From: Bugula neritina
Lineage: Eukaryota; Animalia; Bryozoa
Direction: 5' to 3'
DNA: 64,000 nucleotides
Assembly: GCA_964035545.1 (NCBI GenBank)
Contig: OZ037767.1
Coordinates: 25,064,628 to 25,128,627 of the forward strand
Position 1 is the stretch's first letter. The number at the start of each line of letters is the position of its first letter. The notes below the pieces were generated by a model. The model was not told the origin of the DNA. It did no database searches and worked only from the letters and a program-made list of their open reading frames with translations. Positions 32,982 through 51,501 of the stretch are shown piece after piece. A program made the translations under genes and the position numbers.

Positions 32982-34310
32982 CCTAGTCCCTGAATTAAAT
33001 AAATAATAAACACATGCTTATTTACTCAGCATATATTATTAAAAGTGTAGAGAATTTCGCTGCGTGCCAGTGGTAGAATTGTCTCTACACAATTCCTTGT
33101 GGGTGTTATCCCATTAACTACTAAATTACTGATTTAACAAGGCCGATCTTTCAACTGGAGACAATAAGAGAGGATAATTCTTGTATTACCACAGCTTGTG
33201 CTTACTGCTTGCAATAACCAATGTAGGCCCTATTTACAGAATGTAAGGCAAACTGGTTATAACTGTGATGAGCAGCTACAAACCAGACAACAGCAGAAGA
33301 ATTAATCACAAGTTTACAATCTACTATTTTGAGATAATTTAAGCCAATCATTGTCAACTCAAAACTAATTATAAAAGTGATGAAGAGTTATAATTAAACA
33401 ACCCCAGACATAAACTGTACTGCGTGTAGCTTTTTACTTTACTTGTGTAATTTGAAAAAACAAACATATAACTTACTTGGGTAGCCTTGCAGGATTTATA
33501 TGGTAGACTTTGTTATTAAAAAAACACATAAAACACACTACAAGACTATAATTTTAAACTATATTGAATTGTAATCGGCACTCTATACCTGAACGTTTCG
33601 TGCTGTATACCTCCTATTAAGCTGGTACGCTACAAGCTTACAAGCATTCTAAACTACCCAGCCATGCAATCATAAATATACATGATATAATGCTTCCTAT
33701 TTGTTGGCCAAACAATAAGGTTAGCCTTCTTTTTTTTAACTTTTGAATTGGCGAACTAGCTTTAGTTTACCAGCTTAGTTACCCAAAGAAAGGTTTATTT
33801 GTTAAGGTTTTGAAAGTAAACAAAGTATTTCTCAGTTTGTTCTTAGCACTAATTGATTAGTAAATTATAAAATGGCTACTGTTGATAGTATTTCAAGTGT
33901 ATATTTTAAAAAAAGATATCCATTACATAATGAGAATTACAAACACATACATTTTTTAAGAGTGACTGGCTATATAACTAATAGAGAGTTTTAATATATT
34001 ATTTCACTTTAAACCCTTAAGGCTTAAACCCTTCTTTATGTTTATTCAACACGGAATTTATGCTGAAATTAGCATACTGCAAGATGATGCCAACAAAACA
34101 CTGGTCATACTGACTTTAAAGATTAGTAACCAGTTAAGCCAAACCAGGATGATTATGCTGGGTATGATCTAGCTAAAATGCTGGCTGTAGTACTCATGGT
34201 TGAAGGAATATAAGAGTGTTGTGCCACAAATTGTGGTTAATAATCAGATCTTACTATAACATTCAGTAACACTGTTCAATAATATCTATAGATTTACCAA
34301 AACTATATTA

Positions 34311-36659
34311 TAAGGGCACAACAGGTCAACTTTGAAGTTTTTTGCTGTCATTCATCTGTTTTTCAAGTTACTAGTTCAATAATCTCTAGTCTAAATGCTG
34401 CATCTGTTGTCTATTACAGGTATCAGTTTGTTGTTTTTATCTCTTTCACAGCTTTCAGAATAATTGAAATTTTCATGGTGAAAAATAGGCCCACTGTGCC
34501 CGGTACAGGGGTACAATTGGCCAATGAGTGGAACGCAACATATATATTGAAACTTTGTTGATTTGGTTGCATCTGATCTTAATTTAATTAATACACACAA
34601 ATAAATAAAAATACTCTTCCAGATCTACAGCAAAAATCATGTTTTAGCTGTACAGTTTGTCCCACCACAGATAACAAGGGGAGGCAAAATCAAACGCACA
34701 TTACTCATTTCTACAGTACCATTTTCATTACTGTTTAGAAATAGAAATGTTTTTCTATTTCCACTTCATAAAAACTATCATCAGAAAAAACTTTAGTAAC
34801 ATGTAGGGGAAGCCGGGGTAATTTGAGCCATGGGGCAATTTGAGCCAGGGCATATTTTAGAAAAACTGTTCAACATAGAGAGTTGTCTTTTTATGTGCAC
34901 ATGTACACTCACAAATGTGGCATATTTTTTCCTGTTCATCATTTCCAAGCTGCTTGGTAAGTAAAATATTTCACATTTACCTGTTTGTTCAACAAAACGT
35001 AAATTTGATAGTCTTCATCTCATGTTATATATTGCTTTACCCCCAATTGAGAAAACTTCGTCAAAGTTTTTGCATTTCTTTAGGATCGTGCTAGCTACAG
35101 TTGCATGTTAAAAAGGAAAGCCTACGTTTAATTTTTACTCCAGCATTAACATTTTTCTTCAGAATGACACCTTGGGGTAATTTGAGCCATTCAGTTTGGG
35201 GCAAACTGAGCCACAACTCAAATTACCCCATGAGTAAGTTGTTACAGCATAAATAGTTTTTGTAGGTAAAACCAGTTCTGTAGCTATAACAAAACAGTTT
35301 ACTACAGTCAGTGCGCATGTATAATGTTGTTGCACGTTTGCTATCTTACCCGTTTTGTGTTGTAGCTGATACATATACAAATTACAAACTGCCACGAAAG
35401 TACACACTCAAAACCAATCTATTAGCTTACTTACAGAAGATAAATTAAAGAAAGCTGCTCGTATGATAGTTGGGGAAAAGAGCAGTATAAGACATACAGC
35501 AGAAAATTTTGGAGTGAACAGAATGACTCTGAAGAGTTATTCTGATAAGCGGAAGTTAGGATATGAAATCACCAGTGCTGCAAAAAGAGTGTTCACTACT
35601 GAAGAAGAGAAACTAGTGGTCGACCACATATCAGAGTTTTAGATGCAAAGAAGCGACAAAGTTGTAAAACTTCAAAAAGGCTCCTGTTAGAAAGAATCTT
35701 AGTTGTTTTACTAAAGAGTAGACTTTGGGCTGGGCTTCGTTGGCTGTTGTGAAAATTTGTCACATAGTGACGCTAAATTATCGTTGCATTTGCAACATAT
35801 GATATATGTTAACCTGTGAAGTAAATGCAATACTACTATTTTCAATAAAAACATTGATTAAAACATAACTGTGTGTGTTAAGTTGACTATCCGCCCAAAA
35901 TAGCCCACGGCTCAAATTACCCCCAATAGGGGGTAATTTGAGCCGCACAATATGACGTTATTATTATGGGTCTAAAATTTTTTGTAGGCTGTAAACCAAA
36001 AATTTTTCAAGTGTTTACAATAGCAAACATGTACATTTGTATGTGTAACCAATGTCAGTGCTCAATTCACAGTATTTCGTTTGATACCTGGGAAAAGGTA
36101 AAAATCGGCTCAAATTACCCCGGCCTACTACAAAATTCTGAGTAGACTTTTTTCTATGAACTGTAGCTAAGGTTCATGCAGGCGGAGGTTTGTGACTGGA
36201 ATGCGGAAGGGGAGGGTGGAGGAAATGAGTAAATCAGAATTTATTTTGGTCAAATACATGTATAATTCTTTAATGATATAATGTATAATTAATATCATGA
36301 CTATCCCTTAGTAGTAACAGCAGAGTGTTTTGTATAATGTTTAAAATGGCAAAGCTATAACCTCACCATGCAAAATGTATATAGGCCTATTAGGGGAGCT
36401 TTACCTCGTAGTTTGGTAGTCTTACCATGATGTCTTTGATACTTTACAAAAAGGTCAGAAATGGCTATATCTATAGATTTTATTAACAGTTCATCAACTT
36501 TTTGGGCAAACAAACTAATAACAGTGATCAGGGTGCAAAAATTAGGTGGCCCATTGTGCCCTGGTTACAACTCCAAGTCAATAAGTTCTCTCACAATTTG
36601 ACTGGCCTTTGTACCCCTATGACCGTTGTGCCCCCCTTCCCCCTTTCCCGTTACCCCTA
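34311..36659. mobile_element. Outer non-autonomous TIR element hosting the pogo element
   Basis: Absent from the homologous upstream region of paralog 1 (about 25180-25205 is contiguous). Subterminal inverted motifs GGGCACAAC(A)GGTCA (about 34314) / TGACCGTTGTGCCC (about 36620) and GGGGTACAA..GGCCA (about 34508) / TGGCC..TGTACCCC (about 36603). Right end ...TTACCCCTA. Confidence 0.55.
34804..36130 (+). mobile_element. Internally deleted pogo/Tigger-like (Tc1-mariner superfamily) DNA transposon
   Basis: TIR core GCCGGGGTAATTTGAGCC at about 34812-34829, inverted at about 36107-36124; GGGGTAATTTGAGCC-like motif repeated internally in both orientations. Frameshifted remnant at about 35390-35642: PRKYT...EDKLKKAARMIV.EK.SIRHTAENFGVNRMTL...RVFTTEEEKLVVDHI, matching HTH_psq plus the start of a CENP-B HTH. 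No DDE domain seen. Confidence 0.8.
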
Positions 36660-37948
36660 CAATTATTGTCTCATATGCACTAGATTTCCATGATTTTCAT
36701 TATGCGAATGGACTTTTCGTTCACGTAAGCCCAAATGGAACCAGTTACATCGTAGGAAACCACAACCATAAGTTAATGCAAACGAAAAAAAACAATTTAA
36801 TCTATTCCAATAATGCCAGTCATGGAAACGCAGTGATAGTGGAGGCCTTCATAGTATGAAAATGAATACAAACAATATTAAATTTGCATATGTTGGATCT
36901 TACAAGTTTCATGCAGCCTAAATTATCTCTCACTTGTCATTTTAAGTTTTGAAATAGTTAAACGCATAGCTATAGGTAAACAACCTAATAAATTGACATA
37001 AATAAAAATAAAATGTATAAAACAGATGCAACAATTATTATACTGTTATTGATACAACAAAACTGTAATGCATTTTCTAAAATGCTCATTTTATTAGAGA
37101 CAACAATCGTATAGATAATGAGAAAATTTGATACTAAAAGCGATTTTACAGAGAAAGATTGTAGAGTTAAATGTATGTTATAAATCAGCCTACAAAAGTC
37201 TAATACATAGACTGGAATAGTGCCGGATTTTGACGGTATATGGTATATTTTGTTATAATAATTACATTAGAAGCATACAGCAATTACAACTATAATATTT
37301 TATAAAAGCATTGTATCTGCATTTCAACAGGGTGTATGTTTTAGTTTGATGTAACTTTATTGTTCACATGCTTTAATAACCCTTTGTTAACCCGTGAAAA
37401 CTGTAACAACAAAACACAAGATATATACAGCAGAACCAGCACCCAAATGATTTTAACAAATATTAATATATTATACAGAATTTAAATATTGCAGCATTTC
37501 AAAGTAATTGTTATAATACAAAAATGTTAAAATTAACATTAGCAGTAAAAATACACATAGCATTTAACGCACACATGCCTCTGCTTTCACACTATGAGAT
37601 GCAGATAATTGTACTTTTTAATTTAACTATATAGTTTCTTGTATGATTGAAACCCAGCTTTTACAAATCAATGTATGAAAATCTACATGCTGTTGCATGA
37701 CTGTTGTAGTGTTTGATCATTCCTTATATTATTACACACTACTACAGTGTCTCTTACTTTTTGCTCAATCCATTCAAATCATCACGTGCAGTGGCACAGG
37801 ACATTTCATTATCATTCACCCGTATACTCATTTAGCTACTCACTTAGCTACTCACTTAGCCACAGCTTTTTTAAACTACACATAGCTTTGTATTCACTAT
37901 TACAATGCAATGATTTTTGGGACCACAATAGCTGTCAGTTTTTTATAG

Positions 37949-37950
<2 letters not shown>

Positions 37951-38023
<73 letters not shown>

Positions 38024-38025
38024 CC

Positions 38026-38071
<46 letters not shown>

Positions 38072-38118
38072 TATATATATATATATATATAGATATATAT
38101 ATATAAATATAAATATAT
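37951..38118. repeat. (TA)n microsatellite
   Basis: Directly visible. Confidence 0.95.
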
Positions 38119-38763
38119 CTTTACGAGCTAGCAATTTGATTATAAATAGGTATATGAGAAACATTGTTGATTTATTACTTTATTAGGTAAAGTAATTACT
38201 TTACCTAATGAAGTAATAAATCAACAATGTTTATAAATATATATATACACGTATATGTATACGTATATGTATTTGTATAATTTGTATATGTATATGTATT
38301 ATATAACAAAAACCTGCTGAGAAATGAATATGTATGGTGTGCCCATTCAAAACAGTGCATAGTGGTACTAAAACAAGTTAGAAAATTTACCAAGTCTATG
38401 AAAAGTAATCATAAAAACATGGAACACATAGGTATAGTATAAAGTGCTATGTACAAATTATGCCACATATTTAAGACCACGTCTGACAAAAAAACACTGA
38501 AATGTTATAAAAACAAACATAGAACTGCATATTTTACAGGTAGCCTATAAAATAATCATTTTAAAGAATGCAGACCATATAAAATTGTATTAAGAACTAG
38601 TACACCAAAACATAACACACTTTTTTTCCAAATGTATAAAACAACATGATAACTTTTTTTTACCAGAAATTATAGTAGATTGTTGTAAGATTCTGTATTT
38701 TGCTAAAAAAGTTATACTTCTACTTGATTATATTAGAACTAGGAGTTAAATGAGTGCAATATG

Positions 38764-42166
<3,403 letters not shown>

Positions 42167-45100
42167 CTTAGTCCCTGAATCAAATAAATAATAAACACAT
42201 GCTTATTTACTGCTTAAAACTTTTATAATCACAATGAATATTAAAGATACTTACATTTTCAAAGAGTGACATTTAATTAATAAACAGTTTTAATATATTA
42301 TTTTATTTTATTTTCATTTTGCATACAGTACGTTATATAGAACAAAAATAATCTCTTATATTTTCAACAAGTGTGTTATTATTTTTTATTAGAGGTAAGC
42401 TATAGGTTGTTGATAGAGTGCTTCAGTTTTGAGTATCAAGTTTTCTACTGAGTTAACCATCTTTTATGTTTTATGAAATACCAAAGATGTACTGAAATTA
42501 ACGTATGTATTGCAAGATAATGCATACAGAACTGAGTTGACAGATTTATATAACTAGTTAAGCCAGACCAGGATGATTATGCTGGGTATAATCTAGCTAA
42601 AATGCTGGCTGTAGTAGTTATGGTTGAATGAATATAAGAATTCTGTAACACAATATTGCGGTCTAGAATCAGATCTTACTATAACATTCAGTAACACCAG
42701 ATAATATCAATAGATTCACCAGAGCTATAAAAATATATAGCATGGTATTATCAGAAAAGAATTCCTCCGTATTGTTTTGTTATGAAGGCCACTATATTAA
42801 ACACATGCAATATGATAATCAGTCTCAAATTAGTCCACACTGTGTGCATTCTTTTTTAATCCAGCAAAGCAATTATATTCCAGAACATTCCGCCAGTGAA
42901 CTGCTACTGAAACTTTCAGATGAATTGTAACGGAAGAGAATTACTTCAAGATGTATTGGCTTCAGTAAATTTAATTTCACTATGGTTTGTAAAAAAAGTT
43001 TATATTGGAGAATTAAGTGCAGGTTTTTCTAATAAAGCCAATTCTAGCGGAGCCTTGTAGCATGAGAAATTGTCTTACCATAAAATAAAGCAATGTAGCT
43101 TAAACCCAACTGCCAAGCAAAAATTATAAACCTCAGCGAAGTAAAAAGTCTAAATGACTATAACTACAACAGACTCAACAGCAAATTAAAGGTGAAAATA
43201 TTTACTCGTATTACTTTCTAAAGTCATAATACAACTGAACTAGAAATAATATCTTTTCCAGTTAATTAATACAGCATATATGAGATGCACAACCACCCTG
43301 ACTGCTATTAAATACTACACTTGTAATACCAGCTCTATTACGTATAATTATATTTTTTTATCAGCTGGAAATTCCATGTGTGACTCACTATAAATTGGTT
43401 TATCTTGAACGCTGGCTAACTTGCATGTTGAAGTTTGTACCTATTATTCTCTACATTGGCCAGTTCGATAATCTCTACTAAACGCATATTTAGCCAGAAG
43501 TTTGTTGTGATTTGTAGGCAAATGAAGAGCTCAATGCACAAAAGAGATCACTTAATTCCAGAGCTACTTCATACGAAAGACATTGCTTATATTAAACTAT
43601 TGTAAGCGTCCAAGTGTTTATAGCTTACTAAAATGGTTGTCTATAAAAGCCTAGTTTTCTCTACTCACAGGAAACCTGAAAGTTTCTTAATTAAACCTCC
43701 CTTGCATTCAGTTTTATTAGTAACCTTGTTTACCCATATAGTGCAGACCTTGGACAAAGCTTAGGTATGAAGATTCCTCTAACGCTTGGCAGAAATAAGG
43801 TAATCATCCATAATGATTATTTATGAAAGTACACGATTTTATGTTAGTTTTGAACTGTTGACTCTACTGAAAGTGAAATGGCTGACACTGGTAGATGTAA
43901 ACTCATTGAAGCCTTAGATCCTATTATAGCTTCAATGTAATCAGTTTTAGTAACTTATGTAAGAATATGTCAGTCTGTTTGAGTAGAACTGATGCTATGA
44001 CTTCCTTTATTGCCTGACAGCTACTTTGCAATTCTGTGAGACAATAATGTATTCTTTGTTGACAAGTTATTGAGGAACTATCAAAATATGGAAATGCATA
44101 CAAACTAGGTTTTCATGAACTCATACAGAAAATGCTAGCTGCCTTCATCTAATGTATTTATTAAAATATTGTAACACCATTGTAACTAAGTGAACTACAT
44201 GTCATAAGGAATCATAAATCAAATACACAACATAGAGATGACTATAGAAAAGGGTTTCACTAGACTCTGCACCTGATTATTACACTAAAAACTAGCTCAG
44301 GGCTGTTATTAAAGCTGGTTTTCATATTAAAACATGCATGATAGCTGGTACTTGGCTTGTATTATTATTACAAGCTTCCTCATACTAACAAGCCACAAAT
44401 TAGAAAAGCCCTATGAAAATTCAACAGGTCACATAACTGCCATATTGACAGAGTATAGCTATATAATGTGGGTACAGTGTTAACAGAGTGTGTTGGTTAA
44501 GATCCCATAAACACATTCAAGGATGTATGTTTGTAGTTTTGGCAATACTTCAACTGGTGCAGTCATAGTTGAAAGTAACAGAGACCACCAGAATTAAATC
44601 GAACTAGAACTGAACTAGAACTACGTTGTACAGGAAAAATTTACTAGAATGCAAATAGAACCATGTTTTATATAATCAACATATGATTGTTCCCTATAGT
44701 GCCCACAAGGTTTTACACATGCATTATCTGTAAATTTGCTGTTTGTCCACCATGGCAGTTCAATGGCTGGTTTTTTTTCTTATGTGTTTTTACCAAAAAA
44801 GATAAGTCGTTTATAACAAACTGTAACTAGTTCAAGTGAATTGAACTAGTTATGGTTTGTTATAAAAACAGTTCTTTCATTATTATACTATTTTATCAGT
44901 TTTGCTTTGAGCTAAATTGAATTCGATGCATAGCCATACAGCACATCAATATATTCATCCTATTTTGATAAGCTTGTCAATTACAGCAACAGATTTGCAT
45001 TTTTTGCTGCATAACCAATAAAAACAGATAGGTTATCACTAAGTAAAACGTGATTAATGGCTTTACCAGCTTGAGGTGAATGTGGAATAACCGTCAGTGT

Positions 45101-45170
45101 TATACACTACATTTCCATCATTATAGTTTAGACTTTAGAATTTAGATGCAACTTGAAAAAAAAGATTAGT

Positions 45171-45346
45171 CTAATAGATGGAGTAACACAGTCTAATACT
45201 CTAATAGATGGGGAAACACAGTCTAATCACTCAAATAGATGGGGAAACACAATCTAATAGATGGGGAAACACAGTCTTATCACTCTAATAGATGGGGAAA
45301 CACAGTCTAATAGATGGGGAAACACAGTCTAATCACTCTAATAGAG
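45171..45346. repeat. Minisatellite, 22-32-bp unit (CTAATAGATGGGGAAACACAGT)
   Basis: About 6-7 degenerate copies. Confidence 0.9.
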
Positions 45347-48300
45347 GCTGAGCACAAGATAATGTCTTTAAAACATTATAAACCAGTATATAATTAGTTG
45401 GCTCAAACAAAGTTCTAGCTGTCAACAAAAATGTGAATCAATCATGTAGACACTTGCCAGAGTCCACAGAGTATAGATAGCTTTATTGAACATAACCAAT
45501 AAAAACAATAACTGACTTCTAACTTTGGTGAAGCTGTAAGAATATTCTAAATAATATGACTTGCTTTTTTGCTATTTTAGACCAAACATGAAACATGTAT
45601 TGAAAGTTTACAAGTGTCTTTTTACTGATATGAAGTGTTTCATATCTGCAAATGTGCCATCAAACTTTGCATGCAACTGTGCATTTAGTTTTCTAGTAGC
45701 TTTTTGTATCCATATATAGTGCATTACTTTAACAAAACTCCAACATGTGGAAAGACAGAAAATGTCCAAAATAAAGCCCCAGTTATTGAAGTACTGGGCA
45801 ATGATATGTTGTCATTATTCTACATGATGCTTTCTGATAACCTTTAAAAGTTTTATTGCGAGGTCTGCTGCTATTGTCTCCAAGAAAATCGTTTTGACTT
45901 ACTATAATACTTATTGAACACTACTTTCCTTAACTTCTTCCTTGCTATAACTAGTTGACTTTGATACCCTCAAAAAATGGAATTTGCAGAAAAAATCGTA
46001 CAGATTGAAGACAAAAGACACTGAATTAAATCAAACTAATATTGGAATGATCTAAATGTGTACAAGTCTCATACAGGTTTTCATCCAAACCAAGGGTTTT
46101 GAATGAGTAAATCGTAATGAGTAAATCGTAGTGAGTAATTGATAGCTGATTATCATTATGCCCACATATTCCAGAGTTTAAATGTATGGAACTTGAACTT
46201 AGAGCTAATAGAAGACTGTAAATATTGAATAAGTTAAATATTATTTAGTATGAAATATTAGTAGCCTACCCCCTGTAAGGTAAATATTTATAAATTAACT
46301 TACTTTACGTTTACGGCTATACAAGAACTACAATATTGTTGCATATACTCCAAACGCAATCAGTGAAAAAGTAGGGGACAAAGTTGTTTATGTTGATAGC
46401 TCAAAGTTAATTAGTTAATAAACTTAATTGGTATCCGCATTATAGTAAGTTAATGTAATCATTACTACTCTCATAATCTAAGTAACGTGGAGGTGGCCTA
46501 CTTACAACTTAGTGTAGCCTCTTTATGATGCTTCAAAACCACGTGTTTTATCACGAATTTTTCTTGATCAGAGAAGTAGACGGTTTCTTTTATGAGATTG
46601 TTTTATCTTCTCCAGTCAGTGAGTGAGTGAGTGCATCGCACGGCCCTTCGAGTTGTCACCAGCTATGGTTATAATCCAATTAAATTTTAGATGTCATGTG
46701 TCACCTCCCACAATGATTGAGCACTTTTGGCCCTACAGAGCTTTATCTGCATGTATATCCTTATGCAACGTCCATGTATGTAGGCTATAATATTATTGTT
46801 TAGTTAGCTTGCACTCAGTATGTACTAGATTTAATTCAAAAGTAAGTGTGTTGAGATTTCAATGAATCTAAGCCATAATGTTTTTATCAATAAAATATAT
46901 ATTTTGGTCCACAAAAGTCAATGATATATTGTGATATTGCACCATACTAAGTTTGTACTGCTAAGTTTAAACACCACAGAATATTACTCAAACAGAAATT
47001 TACATATATTTGCTCTTAATTTTATGTGAAAATACAAAATTTAGACAGTTTTTGATTTATTGCGTACTGAAATTACTACACAACTAAGTTGCAAGCTAAG
47101 CTATCCTCTACTTAAGCATATTATGTGGGTTAGCTAGTTCAACTAATGTAATACACAAAGTGAAGGGTACAACTATAGTTTCCTTAAAAGTTGCAACTAG
47201 CTATTTGCAGATAACAATCAGTTTGTAGTCAAAAAGGGTAAAGACTCCTTCAATGTATTAGTATTAGTATATATAGAATGAATTAGATGCATTTACTACT
47301 TAATGTTGCGAAAAAAAGTAGACTGCATTAAAATATTTTTCTGGTAATAGACATTTTACATCTCCAGCAGCTTGTTAGTATAGATTCTATATTAGCTAGA
47401 GCTTATAGTACTATTTTAGTGTAAATCTGCAGGTGTGATGTAAGCTATTTACACTGGACAATTGCTTATTACTGTATGCATGATGTTTAGATTATCAGTT
47501 ATATATAATAAAATTATATTTTGAATCGTAGAAGAAGCAGTTAAAAAGCAAATTAGGAATGTGCAGTTGTAAGTAAACAAAACAGATTTGCAAGTATATG
47601 TAGAGTATATAGTAAAAGCGCAGATTCCCCATTACTATTAAACTTGACCTGTCACATGTCTAATTGCATATCAATCACTGCCTTGAACACTGATCGGCAT
47701 TTTCATAAACATCTCAAGTAAAAGAAGTCATGGTTTTAATTTTCTAAAAGCTCTACTAGTGCCATTTTAACTAAAGTTTTTAAACTTAGACTATTTTTCA
47801 TTTCTGCAGTTGATAAAATTTTAATGTAAATATATATGAACATTTAGGCTTTCAAAGGGTGGTCTTTGAAACCCTATGAACTATATGAATGTTTACATTC
47901 ATATTAATTGGAGGAGACACTATATATTAGTGTTTCTACATTGCTCTTCTTGACCAACAAATCCACGCAAGTACTACCAGACCAGGTATTGCAATATGGA
48001 GTGATACTTTAGTACATAATGAGTTCAATAGTCTATCTTTCTTCTTTTTGGTTTGGTCTGGTGGTGTAAAGAGTAAGACTTGGCTATTGTGGGTATTGAA
48101 GTTTAGATTGCACAAGGGATTTCTCATGCCTCTGGTTAAAGAAAAGTTAGAATCAAAGTACAGTAAGTATATCATTCTCAGCAAAACTATGCAGAGTTTG
48201 ATTCTTTTGGAGTTATTCTCTCTGACTAAGTTTAGTTACCACTATGCTGTACTTGCATATGGCCTCCAAAGATAACCATGCGACATGTTTTTAAACTATA

Positions 48301-49106
48301 TAGCCAATTTTGCAATCAAATATATAATGATAACAAATTATCCACATTACTGAGTTATTGAACAGCATAAATTAGAAAAATGTATTTTGAAATTCATCTT
48401 GCTATATTGTGAAGGGTTTTATTGTTTTAACAATAAGTTGAGCTTTTGATCCCGGAGACAACTGGCTCTAAAAAATGGTAAAGATATTATAATAAAACAA
48501 GCTTTACTTGTGCCGGCAAGTAACTCTAGAGCACATAATTTCCTAACCATCAGCTGACCTATAATGTATGTCCATTTCAACTGAAATGTTTACTTCAATG
48601 TACGACTTAGACTTTGTCACTCACTGACATCATGAAGTATTTGTATTATAAGCTCAAGTAAAAGCTTCACACTTCTATATATGGTGTACAACAAAACACA
48701 GCTTGCTGGATATATTGCTTCAGAACAGTGGAGGTCATCAGTTATGTGCTGTTCTTAAAATGTAGCCTCCAATGTTGTTGCACAGCATTAATCTTGTCAC
48801 TTTCAGAATACTATTATTGCTTTAACTAACTTTTTGAGTTCACCTGCTCTTGGGTTAGACTACTCCTGTCTTAGCTGGCATTAAAGAAACAGCCTGAACT
48901 TGTTCAGAGTTGTCTTTCCACTGAGATGCTTATTCTTAGATACAAAGTTTGCAAAGTTTGCGGTAGCAAACTTAATTATTATAAATACTATGAGCAATAA
49001 ATTACTGTCTTGAAAAGTTCAAAGTAATTTTATTGCGAGAGTTGGTTATGAAAGAAAAACTGATGTTACAGACAACCACAGTAAAGTAACTAAGTAGACA
49101 TGCAAT

Positions 49107-50180
49107 TTACTCAATTTCAAAATCAATGATGGAAACATATGTAGGATCTGGTCCACTCAGAAATGTTAAAGTTAGTTTTCCATTCCTCACATTGGTGCAA
49201 ACCTTGGTGCTTTCATCTACAAGAGTCATACTATATGTATGTTGGCCATCAGTTGGAACTGAGCATCTGAGTATGCATGCGCCTTTCCACTACTCATGTG
49301 AGCCACGAAAAGTGATTGAGACATTTTTATAGCTTGAGTTCTGTAGTTATGTTAATATAATGTTGGTTTAGGGCAAGGGTTGGAATTCTTGTGTAAACAT
49401 AACATTTCTGCTACATTTCCATTCTAGAACACATCAACTTCTCTATTGCTGCATTTACTGATTTATATTTGCAACTTCAAACAGAACCCTACAACACAGG
49501 AATTTACTATTTCCTGTCTCATTTACCTTCATTTGAATTGCTGAGTTTAGCAATATTAAGTATTTGGCCATCATTTCCTTTTACAGTGTCGTCTAAGTAG
49601 GATACGAGAGAAGACGATAAAATGCACGCCTTGTTGCCACTGGTCCATGTAACCTGTGTGCAAAGTGGAACAAGAATATTGACATAACAGAAAGGGAGTT
49701 TAGTAATCGAGTTTACAGGTCAGTCGGTAGGTAAATAGAACAATGTAGATATTTAGATAGGTACCGGTAAGTATAAATAACTAGGTCATTAGAAAAGTAG
49801 GTCAGCTAGTGGGTAGGTAAGTATAAGAAGGTGGATAGTAAGTCCAATATGCAGAAATAAGAAACTAATATCAAGTGAAGAGCAAAACATGTCAATAAAT
49901 TGGATTTACATAGACTTACTTATACTTACTTAGACTTACTTAGACTTGCTATATATATTTACTTATTCTTACTTACGTCAAGTCCATCTTTGTCAAATGA
50001 AGGGTAATGCCACTCAATGGTTCCCTTCTTACAGCTCTGATCTATGACAGCAGTAGCCTTATCACCTTCCGTGCGCGCTGTCAGACGACATTTGTGACCA
50101 AAACCAACACCATCTAGCCAGGAGTACACCCCAGCATGGTAGAGACACAGCAGGGCTACTAACACGTGTTGGACAGCCAT
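49107..50180 (-). CDS. Small secreted protein (about 160 aa) with meteorin-N/CUB-like motif
   Basis: Exons 50180-49977 (signal peptide; C..G.IEWHYP), 49653-49527 (VTWTSGNKACIL...), 49258-49107 (VPTDGQHTY...VCTN...IDFEIE-stop; weak acceptor). Four Cys in the mature region. CKKGTIEWHYP resembles the meteorin motif C.EG.VEWLYP as I recall it. Confidence 0.65.
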
Positions 50181-50537
50181 GTTGAATAATTGAGTAATGA
50201 GTAGCTTCGGGTGACTAATGAGACAACTCCATTCATGTGAACCAACATCTGTTTGATCACAAAAGTGCTCCTGATCTATGCATGTCCTAGCCTAGTCCTA
50301 GTCTATGTGCATGTATACAGAAAATATATTATAATAAAATCAAAAGCTCCTGACTAGAAGGGAATTTTACATATGTTGTGTGATGTATCTTTATTTGACA
50401 AGACAACCATATAGAGTAACAGAAAATAAATTTTTTAAAAAGTATTGCTCTATACAAACTTGATAAAGGTATATGTCAAAAGCATTTTTCTTGTTTGATT
50501 TTTGTCAACAGCTGGCTATATGATTATATGGGCTTTA

Positions 50538-50584
50538 ACTGTGACTATAACTGTGACTATAACTGTGACTATAACTGTGACTAT
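50538..50584. repeat. 12-bp tandem repeat (AACTGTGACTAT) x4
   Basis: Directly visible. Confidence 0.9.
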
Positions 50585-51243
50585 TTATCACTAAGAAGGT
50601 TATATGGCTGGGGTCAGTTGAATCATTTTAGAAACAGTTTTACTCTGGTACTCTTTCAAAGCTGTCAAGGAAACATACAACAAGCTGTTTGTAGCCACTC
50701 TGTATATTACGATATATTATATAAATATAAAACAAAGTGGTTATAGACCTGTAGTCACTCTGTATACTATTATAACATATGTAGAATCTATATTTTGTGT
50801 ACTTAACTTCCTCGTAGATGGTATTTGCATCCATTTGCTTCTTTAAAATTTACTTAATTCAGACTAAAAAAGAAATATTACACCCAAATAGTTGATGATA
50901 AGTAGAAATAAGATACAAATAATCTTAGAATGAGATAGCAATAATCATTGTTACCTAATGTGATCAATCACAATAAAAAACCTGCGATAATATCAACTTC
51001 AATGTAAATTAGATAAATAAAAAGCTAAAGAAATCTTGTACTGAACTGACAGCAATGTTAAGGATGTTACACACATGACATGCTTCAACTTCTCTTTTGT
51101 TAAAGCTGAAGCTGACGTAAAGCTGAGTTGATGTAGACTCACAGATTTTTCAACTATTCTTTTCTCCCATATATGGTATTGTATATTGTAATTCGCTGCC
51201 TATATAAAACATTGAAATGCTCATAGGGAGTCCTTAGCAATAA

Positions 51244-51501
<258 letters not shown>

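Noticed and set aside
45171-45346. Repeat-spacer-like array suggesting CRISPR
   Set aside because: Eukaryotic context; the intervening parts are variants of the same unit, not unique spacers; no cas genes.
47936-48275. Overlapping short ORFs on both strands
   Set aside because: No motif, no consistent splice partners, no paralogous support.
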